In this document: positions 25,168 through 32,000 of the stretch, piece after piece
Layout: the number at the start of each line of letters is the position of its first letter
How positions within the stretch are numbered: position 1 is the first letter of the stretch
Assembly: GCA_041657425.1 (NCBI GenBank)
Contig: JBBABY010000002.1
Location: 1-32,000, forward strand
Origin: an archaeon
GTDB taxonomy: Archaea; Iainarchaeota; Iainarchaeia; Iainarchaeales; CSSED10-239
Direction: 5' to 3'
DNA: 32,000 nt
Position numbers and translations under genes: made by a program
The notes under the pieces: generated by a model
Told to the model about the DNA's origin: nothing
Databases searched by the model: none
The model's input: only the letters and a program-made list of their open reading frames with translations

Positions 25168-25971
25168 TTATTTGTGAAACATCTTTCTTCTTGCTCTCAT
25201 ATTATCAAGAGAACTTACTTCTTCATCTCTAATATTATATCCTGTAATCTTAATGAATGCTTCTTCTAATGTTTTCGTTTTTGTTTTCTTAATTAATTCT
25301 TTACTTGTTCCAATATCTATTATCTTTCCATGATCAATTACTGCTATTTGATTTGCATACCTCTCTGCTTCATCCATATAATGAGTTGTAAAAAAAATAG
25401 TTGTTCCTTCTCTTTTATTTACCTTCTTAATATAATCCCATATATGATTTCTTGTTTGTGGGTCAAGACCAACTGTTGGTTCGTCAAGGAATAATACTTT
25501 AGGATAATGTAATAATCCTCTTGCAATCTCAAGTCTTCTCTTCATTCCACCTGAGAAGTTTTTTACAAGATCATTTTTCCTATCCCAAAGTTCAACAATC
25601 TTCATTAATTCTTCAATTCTTTTAAGTCTATCTTTCTTTGAAACATGATAGAAGATACCGTGCATATCTAAATTCTCATAAGCAGTTAATTCTTCATCAA
25701 CAGAAGGATCTTGAAAAACAATTCCAAAGTCTTTTCTTACTTTATAAGAATCAGTTATTGGACTGTTTCCATTAACAAGTATTTCTCCTGAATCTGGACT
25801 TAAAATAGTTGTTAATATCTTAATTGTTGTTGACTTCCCTGCGCCATTTGGTCCAAGAAAAGCAAAGATATTTCCTTTCTCTACTGTAAATGTAACGTCT
25901 TTTAAAACTTGTAATTTTCCATAACTTTTATTTAAATTAGTTACTTCTATTATATTATCTTTTGATTTCAT
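25168..25971 (-). CDS. ABC transporter ATP-binding protein (DrrA/CcmA-like, pairs with the ABC-2 permease)
   Basis: GPNGAGKSTTIK, FSGGMKRRLEIARGL, LFLDEPTVGLD and TTHYMDEAE. Confidence 0.93.
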   Translation of the reverse strand: MKSKDNIIEVTNLNKSYGKLQVLKDVTFTVEKGNIFAFLGPNGAGKSTTIKILTTILSPDSGEILVNGNSPITDSYKVRKDFGIVFQDPSVDEELTAYENLDMHGIFYHVSKKDRLKRIEELMKIVELWDRKNDLVKNFSGGMKRRLEIARGLLHYPKVLFLDEPTVGLDPQTRNHIWDYIKKVNKREGTTIFFTTHYMDEAERYANQIAVIDHGKIIDIGTSKELIKKTKTKTLEEAFIKITGYNIRDEEVSSLDNMRARRKMFHK

Positions 25972-26080
25972 TTTAATTCTCTTTTAATTAGATAAACTAG
26001 CTTAGTCGATACAATATAATACAATAGAAACCTTTTAATTGATTTTGATTCCATAAATAATATATTAAAATGTGAGAATT

Positions 26081-26563
26081 ATGAAAGATTACTTAAAATT
26101 TATAATATCTATGGCTGCTTGCTTAGGTGCGGCAGTTATTGGTTCTTTATTTACTCAAACAGGTCCTGGTTCTTGGTATACTACTATCAATCAACCACCA
26201 ATCACTCCACCAAACATTGTTTTTCCAATCGTTTGGACAACTTTATTCATATTAATGGGATTATCTCTATACCTTATCTGGTCACAACCACACAAGTATA
26301 GAAAAGATCCTGAGAAGAAAGTACACACAATGATGTGGTTCTATGCACAATTAATAGTTAATATACTTTGGTCAATGTTCTTCTTTGGATTACATTCGCC
26401 AGTTGCAGCATTAATGTGCATATTTGTTTTAGATGGATTAGTTGCAATAACTGTAATTAAGTTCTATGGATTACACGAAAAAGCAGCATACTTATTAATG
26501 CCATATTTAATCTGGATATGCTTTGCAACAATACTTAACTTTTGGATTGCTATTTTAAATTAA
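26081..26563 (+). CDS. tspO: TspO/MBR family tryptophan-rich sensory protein
   Basis: Five TM helices. WYTTINQPPITPPNIVFPIVWTTLFILMG and NILWSMFFFG are typical of TspO. The ATG at 26081 is preferred over the GTG at 26072. Confidence 0.88.
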   Translation: MKDYLKFIISMAACLGAAVIGSLFTQTGPGSWYTTINQPPITPPNIVFPIVWTTLFILMGLSLYLIWSQPHKYRKDPEKKVHTMMWFYAQLIVNILWSMFFFGLHSPVAALMCIFVLDGLVAITVIKFYGLHEKAAYLLMPYLIWICFATILNFWIAILN

Positions 26564-26573
26564 AAGAGATATT

Positions 26574-27058
26574 ATGAACCACACAGATAACAAAGCATCA
26601 ACAACATCAAGTAATAAACTAGTAAATAACGTAAGCTTTCTTGCAATTGCAATTACTTTATTTACTTTTATTATAACTTTTAATGCTACAGTTCTAAAAC
26701 AAATGATTTTCTTGCAATTCAATTAGTATGTTCAATTCCAATTCTAATTTCTTCTTGTTTTACTTCTACAAAATTAGGATATACCAAAAGAATTTTTGCA
26801 TGGAAAAATTATAATTATATATTATTCACATTTGGAAATATTTTATTAATTAATTCAATTGGAATATTAATTGCAGAATTAGTTTCGTTAAAAATTGGAT
26901 TAATTTATTTTATTGTGAATATATTAGTTATTATAATTTACTCAGTAATAAGAATACATTTTGAAAACCCAAATATAAAAACCAGATTATATAAAGACAC
27001 TTTAGCATTAGGATTAATTATAATATTTGGAATATTACCTATTCTTGGAATTTTATAA
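26574..27058 (+). pseudogene. small polytopic membrane protein gene split by a -1 frameshift near 26700-26725
   Basis: The ATG at 26574 gives MNHTDNKASTTSSNKLVNNVSFLAIAITLFTFIITFNATVLKQMIFLQFN, with a stop at 26724. The -1 frame is open from about 26690 to 27058 (..NDFLAIQLVCSIPILISSCFTSTKLGYTKRIFAWKNY...GILPILGIL) for about 120 codons and has no ATG at all. That is why it is missing from the track. Confidence 0.5.
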
Positions 27059-28498
27059 TGTTCTCTTTCCATGGAATTTATCATAAACTGCTTTAACAAT
27101 TTCTTTACTTTGACCAATGTATTTTTTAGGGTCTGCAAGTTCTAATATTGTTTCTTTAGATAATCTTTCTGTTACTTCTTTATTTTGTAAAAGAATTTCA
27201 ACAAACTGTTTCTTTTCATTCCAAGCTTTTGTTGCAAGTTCTCCCATTAGATCATGTGCTTGTGAACGAGATAATGGATTTTTTACTTTTCTAGAATCAG
27301 TTAAATAAGTCATGAACAACTGAGCAGTAACAACTCCATAACTTCTTTCTACTCTTTCTATTGATCTTTCTTTTTTTACTTCAATATAATATAATCTATT
27401 TGCTAAGTTTCTAATACTATGATCAAGAGTTTTAAAACCATCTTCAAAGTTTATTCTACTATTTGCTGAAGCAGCTAAGTCTCTAGCATATGGCATATGA
27501 CAGTTTTCCATAGCAGTCATTAGATTACCAGTAATGTAATTTTTAATAGACATAAATTGTTCTTCAGCTGTTGGATTACCATTCTTTGCATCTTTATGTG
27601 GCATTGCTGATGATCCTTTTTGTTTAACAGGTGAAGCATTTACAAAAACATCAACATCATCGCTTCTTCCCCATTCAATGTATCTTGCTAAATTATTTAA
27701 TGTTTCAGAAACTCTTGCAAGAGCAAACCAAATATCTGCCTCAAATTCTAAACCTGGTAATTGTGCCGAGGCAATTGTGTATCCAATGCCAAGATCTTTA
27801 CAATACTCTTCTTGAAGTTTAATGCCATCAATACCAAGAGCTGTTGCTGAATGATGATTTCCTGTTGCGTCTCCCCATTTGCCTACAGTTGAATTCTTAT
27901 AGACGTATTTTAATAATTCTAAATCAGATTGTAACATCTCAGCATAATGAGATAAAGGTCTTCCAGCAACTGTTGGTAATGCATCATAACCATGTGTTAC
28001 GTCCATATGTGGAACATTTATCCAATCCATTGATTTTTCTAGAAGGATATCTCTTATGTTTTCAACAGAATCAATGATTACTTCAAGTGCTTTCTTTAAT
28101 TGAACAGCTCTTGCTGGTTGAGTAGTATCTGCACTTGTTTTTCCTTTGTTAATTTGTGTTTTTGCAGAATCATTAACTACTTCTTCTAAAGCAGTATTGA
28201 TAGCTATAACATCATGACCTGTTTTTGCTTCAAGTTCTCTTATTCTATTTGGATTTATTGTTTTAAGATTTGCTTTACTTTCAATCTCAACTGCATCTTC
28301 TTTAGAAACAATATCAGGATATAATCTTGAAAGAGTTTTTGCTGCTTGTGCTTGAACCATTAAAGAATATTCAAAAGTTTTTTCACTTCCAAAGATATCG
28401 CACATTTCTTGTGTTCCATATCTTCCTGCTGCTAATGTCCCTGGATCAATCTTTGATTCTTCAATATTAAATCTTTTTTTTGGAAGTGTTATTACCAT
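27053..28498 (-). CDS. purB: adenylosuccinate lyase
   Basis: Fumarate-lyase superfamily: RYGTQEM...TGHDVIAI and GSSAMPHK. 481 aa. It is adjacent to purA. Confidence 0.9.
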   Translation of the reverse strand: MVITLPKKRFNIEESKIDPGTLAAGRYGTQEMCDIFGSEKTFEYSLMVQAQAAKTLSRLYPDIVSKEDAVEIESKANLKTINPNRIRELEAKTGHDVIAINTALEEVVNDSAKTQINKGKTSADTTQPARAVQLKKALEVIIDSVENIRDILLEKSMDWINVPHMDVTHGYDALPTVAGRPLSHYAEMLQSDLELLKYVYKNSTVGKWGDATGNHHSATALGIDGIKLQEEYCKDLGIGYTIASAQLPGLEFEADIWFALARVSETLNNLARYIEWGRSDDVDVFVNASPVKQKGSSAMPHKDAKNGNPTAEEQFMSIKNYITGNLMTAMENCHMPYARDLAASANSRINFEDGFKTLDHSIRNLANRLYYIEVKKERSIERVERSYGVVTAQLFMTYLTDSRKVKNPLSRSQAHDLMGELATKAWNEKKQFVEILLQNKEVTERLSKETILELADPKKYIGQSKEIVKAVYDKFHGKRTL

Positions 28499-28926
28499 TT
28501 TATCACATCTTTTATTTTCAAATATTTTTCTATAATCTTATAATGAGAGGATAATATCTGTTCTTTTTGTAATTTGGTATATCCATACCACATACTATAT
28601 TTTACATCATCTCCTAAAATTAAATTATGTTTCTCTGTTTCAACCAATAAAACAATGTGTTTTGTAGAATAAGTCTTTTTATTCTCCGAATATAAAATAT
28701 TAGATTTATAATTAAATAATTTTCTAGCTTTTATTGGAATTAGCCCTGTCTCTTCTCTTAATTCTCTTATTGCAGCTTCAAATGAAGATTCTCCTTTCTC
28801 TACAGTACCCCCAGGCAATACAAATTTAATATTATCTTCAGAAACAAATAATATTTTTCCTAATTTATTTTGGACAATTACTGTTCCTCTATTCCTAGGT
28901 ATTATTTGTTTCATAAAATTTATCAT
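28492..28926 (-). CDS. Nudix hydrolase (canonical box)
   Basis: GGTVEKGESSFEAAIRELREETGL matches Gx5Ex7REUxEExGU exactly. It overlaps the purA stop and the purB start. Confidence 0.88.
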   Translation of the reverse strand: MINFMKQIIPRNRGTVIVQNKLGKILFVSEDNIKFVLPGGTVEKGESSFEAAIRELREETGLIPIKARKLFNYKSNILYSENKKTYSTKHIVLLVETEKHNLILGDDVKYSMWYGYTKLQKEQILSSHYKIIEKYLKIKDVIKW

Positions 28927-30269
28927 TCTTTAATAATTGTCTGGTCTCTGTTTGCTCCAACAGAAATATATTTTACTTTTGTTCCTACTTCTTTTTCTAT
29001 AAATTCAATATATTTCTTTAGGTTTGCTGGAAGCTTATTATATTCTTTAACATTAGAAATTTCTTCTTTCCAACCATCTAGTTCTTCGTACATTGGAGTA
29101 ACTGTTGCTAAATCATACGGAATGCTTTTGATTACAGAACCATCTTTCAATTTGTAACCAACACACACTTTAATCTTATCCATTCCTGTAAGAATATCAA
29201 TTTTTGTTAATGCAATATCTGTCATTCCATTAAGCATCTTAGAATATCTAATAATACATAAATCCAACCAGCCACATCTTCTTGGTCTTCCAGTTGTTGC
29301 TCCAAATTCTTGTCCTTTTGCTCTTAATTCTTCTCCAATTCCCTCATTTAGTTCTGTTGGGAAAGGTCCTGCTCCAACTCTAGTGGTATATGCTTTAACA
29401 ATACCAATTGATCTATCAAGATATTTAGGAGATGTTCCTGTTGCAGAAAAAGCATTACCAACTGTACAAACAGAAGTTGTAACAAAAGGATAAGTTCCAT
29501 AGTTAATATCAAGTAATATCCCATGAGATCCTTCTGCTAATACTCTCTTGTCTTTTTCTAAATAATCATTTATCAATAAAGTTATATCTTTTATATTTTC
29601 TTTTAGTTCTTGACCTATTGAATAGAACTTATCTACAAGTTTATTAATATTAAGTCCAGTATCTTCATCAAAATAATCAAGAGCAGTAAAATCAAGATAT
29701 TTGAAACTAGATAAAATTTCTTTAATCTTTTGATTATCAACACCATAGCATTTTTTTACAATATCTACTGCTTGGTTGTTTGCGATAATAATTTTAGTTC
29801 TAAGTACTTCTTTATCCAATAAATCATGAACAGTAATACCTATTCTATTAATCTTATCTGCATAAGTTGGGCCAATACCTCTTGCTGTTGTTCCAACTGC
29901 ATCCTTTCCTTTCTTAATTTCTAAAGCAACATCTAATAATCTATGATATGGTAAAGTAATATGTGCTCTTTCTCCAATAAATAATCTGTCTTTGTAAGAA
30001 ATGTTCTTTTGTTTAAGAATAGTTAATTCATCCATTAATGTAAACATATCTAGAACAGTATCATTACCAATAACACAAATCTTGTCTTTGTGAAGTATTC
30101 CTCCAGGTATCAAATGAAATACATATTTTTCATTATTAACATAAATAGTGTGACCTGCATTTGCCCCACCGTGATGTTTTAAAACAACATCTGAATTTTC
30201 AGTTAAATAATCTATTATCTTTCCCTTTCCTTCATCTCCCCATTGTGAGCCAAAAACAAAATTCATCAT
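28923..30269 (-). CDS. purA: adenylosuccinate synthetase (long, bacterial/eukaryotic-type)
   Basis: GSQWGDEGKGKIID P-loop, GGANAGHT, GTTARGIGPTY and GATTGRPRRCGW. 448 aa. Confidence 0.96.
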   Translation of the reverse strand: MMNFVFGSQWGDEGKGKIIDYLTENSDVVLKHHGGANAGHTIYVNNEKYVFHLIPGGILHKDKICVIGNDTVLDMFTLMDELTILKQKNISYKDRLFIGERAHITLPYHRLLDVALEIKKGKDAVGTTARGIGPTYADKINRIGITVHDLLDKEVLRTKIIIANNQAVDIVKKCYGVDNQKIKEILSSFKYLDFTALDYFDEDTGLNINKLVDKFYSIGQELKENIKDITLLINDYLEKDKRVLAEGSHGILLDINYGTYPFVTTSVCTVGNAFSATGTSPKYLDRSIGIVKAYTTRVGAGPFPTELNEGIGEELRAKGQEFGATTGRPRRCGWLDLCIIRYSKMLNGMTDIALTKIDILTGMDKIKVCVGYKLKDGSVIKSIPYDLATVTPMYEELDGWKEEISNVKEYNKLPANLKKYIEFIEKEVGTKVKYISVGANRDQTIIKE

Positions 30270-30300
30270 AATTATTCCTCCATTATATTTAATATTTAAT

Positions 30301-30870
30301 TTACTTTTTATTTGTATCTTTTGACTTAATTAAGTATTTTTTAAATTTCAATACTGCTTTCTTTCTCATACTTATTTTATTTTTTTCAATAGCACCCATT
30401 TCTGCAAAAGTTTTATTATATCCTTTTGGTACAAATATATTATCCCACGAAAACCCAGTTTTTCCTCTAGGAGATACAATTTTACCAAATATTGTTCCTG
30501 TAAAACAATGAATATTTTCTCCATCATAATATCCAATTACCGTTATTGCTTGAGCATTATAATTACCTTTATTTTTTAAAAGAGAATATATCTTTTTTGA
30601 TCCATTTCTTAAATAAAACCATTTAGTCAATGCTCCTGGAAAACCATTTAAATAACTAAAATGTAATCCTGTATCTTCTACAAAAATATTTTTCTTCTTT
30701 GTTTTCTTTATTGCGTATTTTACTTTTGCGATTATTACGTCTTTTGAATTAATTGCCTGAATTTCGGGCAAATCTAAATTAATTTTAGAAACTTTATATT
30801 CTGAATCAGACAATAAAGCACGTATTTCTTGTAATTTGTTTTCGCTACCAGTAATAAAATATAATTTCAT
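30301..30870 (-). CDS. non-canonical purine NTP pyrophosphatase (HAM1/RdgB/ITPase family)
   Basis: FITGSENKLQEI, VEDTGLHFSYLNGFPGALTKWF and GFSWDNIFVP. GGAG RBS. Confidence 0.9.
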   Translation of the reverse strand: MKLYFITGSENKLQEIRALLSDSEYKVSKINLDLPEIQAINSKDVIIAKVKYAIKKTKKKNIFVEDTGLHFSYLNGFPGALTKWFYLRNGSKKIYSLLKNKGNYNAQAITVIGYYDGENIHCFTGTIFGKIVSPRGKTGFSWDNIFVPKGYNKTFAEMGAIEKNKISMRKKAVLKFKKYLIKSKDTNKK

Positions 30871-30891
30871 GTTAATTTCTCCTTTTCTTGT

Positions 30892-30996
30892 TTAAATCAT
30901 ATAATAATCTAAAAGATAAATTAATATCGCGAATATTAAATATGCAAATATTAATATAATTATTATCTTTTTTAAATCTGTATATTCAGAATCCAT
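30892..30996 (-). CDS. candidate 34-aa hydrophobic mini-protein
   Basis: MDSEYTDLKKIIIILIFAYLIFAILIYLLDYYMI, preceded by GGAGAG 5 nt upstream of the ATG. It lies just upstream of the ITPase gene on the same strand. Confidence 0.3.
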   Translation of the reverse strand: MDSEYTDLKKIIIILIFAYLIFAILIYLLDYYMI

Positions 30997-31011
30997 ATAT
31001 CTCTCCAAATT

Positions 31012-31089
31012 TCAGATTAATCTCAAAATAATATATAATATTAAAAGTATTAATATTATAATTCCAAATTCTAAATTATCGAAGGTCAT
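31012..31089 (-). CDS. candidate 25-aa hydrophobic mini-protein
   Basis: MTFDNLEFGIIILILLILYIILRLI, preceded by AAGGAGAG about 10 nt upstream of the ATG. Confidence 0.3.
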   Translation of the reverse strand: MTFDNLEFGIIILILLILYIILRLI

Positions 31090-31229
31090 ACTTTTACTCT
31101 CCTTCATATATTAATATAATTCTTTAAATAGATATAACTTTTGTGAGATAATCATACCAAATGCTAATAAAAATGAGTATTTATTAGAAAAAGATATATT
31201 ATTATATTATTTGGTTTAAATAATTAATT

Positions 31230-32000
31230 ATGTCACCGCTACTTAATTTGGACAAATTAGATAAAAACATTATAACTGAATTAAATAAAAACCCTAGAGC
31301 TAATTATTCAGAAATTGCAAAAAAAGTAAAATCTTCAAAAGAAGTAGTTAATTACAGAATAAAAAATTTAGAATCTCTAGGGATAATTAAAGAATATGTA
31401 ACCATTTTTGGATTTGGATATCAGGCACATAAAACCTATTTAAGATTTCAAAAAATAAACTCAAAAGAAGAAGAAAAACTTATTAATTTTCTTCTTGAAT
31501 TAAAAAATATAAATTGGATAACCACTTGTTCAGGAAATTGGGATTTAGCATTTTCTATTATGGCCAAAAATGCATTCGAATTAGATAAAACATTAAGAGA
31601 GATATTTACTGAATTTCCAAATGTAATACAAGATTATAAGCTATCAACAAGTCTTGGTTCTATTCCCTTTGGATACACTAATTTAACTGAATCAATTAAT
31701 GAAAATGCAATAAAAGTTAGATATGATGAATCCAATTATTTAGATTTTGATAATAAAGATAAAGAAATTGCGAAATTACTTCATAAAAATGCAAGAATTA
31801 AGATTACAGAAATATCTAAAATTACAAAAATTCCTGGAGATACAATAAATTATAGAATTAAAAAAATGGAAAAAAATAAAATAATTAAAAGATATCGTTT
31901 AATTATTGATTATACAATCTTAGGATATAATAGATTTGAAATTCTTATAAGATGTACAAATTTAACAAATAAAGTTATTGAAAAATTTGAAGAATATGCT
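31230..32000 (+). CDS. tandem (duplicated) Lrp/AsnC family transcriptional regulator, partial at the window end
   Basis: The frame is open from the ATG at 31230 to position 32000 (257 codons). There are two HTH_AsnC modules (LDKLDKNIITELNKNPRANYSEIAKKVKSSKEVVNYRIKNLESLGIIKEY and FDNKDKEIAKLLHKNARIKITEISKITKIPGDTINYRIKKMEKNKIIKRY), each followed by a RAM-like segment. Confidence 0.85.
   Translation, partial: MSPLLNLDKLDKNIITELNKNPRANYSEIAKKVKSSKEVVNYRIKNLESLGIIKEYVTIFGFGYQAHKTYLRFQKINSKEEEKLINFLLELKNINWITTCSGNWDLAFSIMAKNAFELDKTLREIFTEFPNVIQDYKLSTSLGSIPFGYTNLTESINENAIKVRYDESNYLDFDNKDKEIAKLLHKNARIKITEISKITKIPGDTINYRIKKMEKNKIIKRYRLIIDYTILGYNRFEILIRCTNLTNKVIEKFEEYA

Noticed and set aside
1450-28157. 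About 30 short track ORFs lying antisense to, or out of frame within, larger genes. Examples: 1450-1770, 6102-6335, 6703-6975, 7455-7640, 9268-9537, 10107-10412, 11120-11389, 11787-12024, 12365-12901, 13167-13448, 14121-14441, 16512-16763, 17188-17627, 18406-18818, 19389-19996, 20043-20264, 20858-21109, 22494-22805, 23124-23363, 23972-24217, 24360-24818, 26119-26301, 26938-27138, 27117-28077, 28870-29157.
   Set aside because: Each is fully embedded in a longer ORF with clear family motifs. Their products are Leu/Phe/Ile/Ser-rich, as expected from reading AT-rich coding DNA in the wrong frame. None has an RBS or independent spacer.
1-32000. Search for tRNA, rRNA or other canonical structured RNA genes
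   Set aside because: No stretch shows the GC-rich stems or a T-loop (GTTCRAATC-like) expected against this AT-rich background. The only GC-rich non-coding patch (1202-1245) lacks tRNA features. No RNA gene is reported.

Overview
This is an AT-rich, very compact chromosomal window with about 40 genes. Spacers are mostly under 100 nt, several genes have 4-nt start/stop overlaps, and GGAG-type ribosome-binding sites are common. Recognisable content:
- Nucleotide-excision repair: uvrA and uvrC.
- A carbamoyl-phosphate cluster: argF-pyrB-pyrI.
- A form II/III-type RuBisCO operon.
- A purine operon: ITPase-purA-Nudix-purB.
- A redox operon: ArsR-glutaredoxin-peroxiredoxin.
- Two ABC exporter modules. 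One is MacB/FtsX type with a CARDB-like surface protein. The other is ABC-2 type, followed by a Cys-rich mini membrane protein.
- TspO, a membrane-anchored wHTH regulator and a tandem Lrp/AsnC regulator.
- A few accessory genes: an ORF6N-PLD fusion, a nucleotidyltransferase-fold protein and orphan ORFs.

The archaeal-type peroxiredoxin (Cys51/Cys207/Cys213), overlapping pyrB-pyrI, Lrp/AsnC and a salvage-type RuBisCO suggest a small-genome, DPANN-like archaeon. A CPR bacterium cannot be excluded from sequence alone. I recognised no rRNA, tRNA, CRISPR array, transposase or integrase.

I do not see a complete, clearly novel multi-gene system. The best leads are:
1. The ORF6N-PLD gene, which has a triplicated palindrome-encoded motif, and a 16-nt GC-rich element it shares with the promoter of a nucleotidyltransferase cassette 14 kb away.
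2. The RuBisCO operon embedded in nucleotide-metabolism genes.
3. The ABC-2 operon with a Cys-rich small membrane protein.
4. A GAAAC/GTTTC site array between a membrane-bound regulator and the MacB-type operon.
5. Three interrupted reading frames (one in-frame stop, two -1 frameshifts).

All functional calls come from motif recognition by eye. No searches were run.
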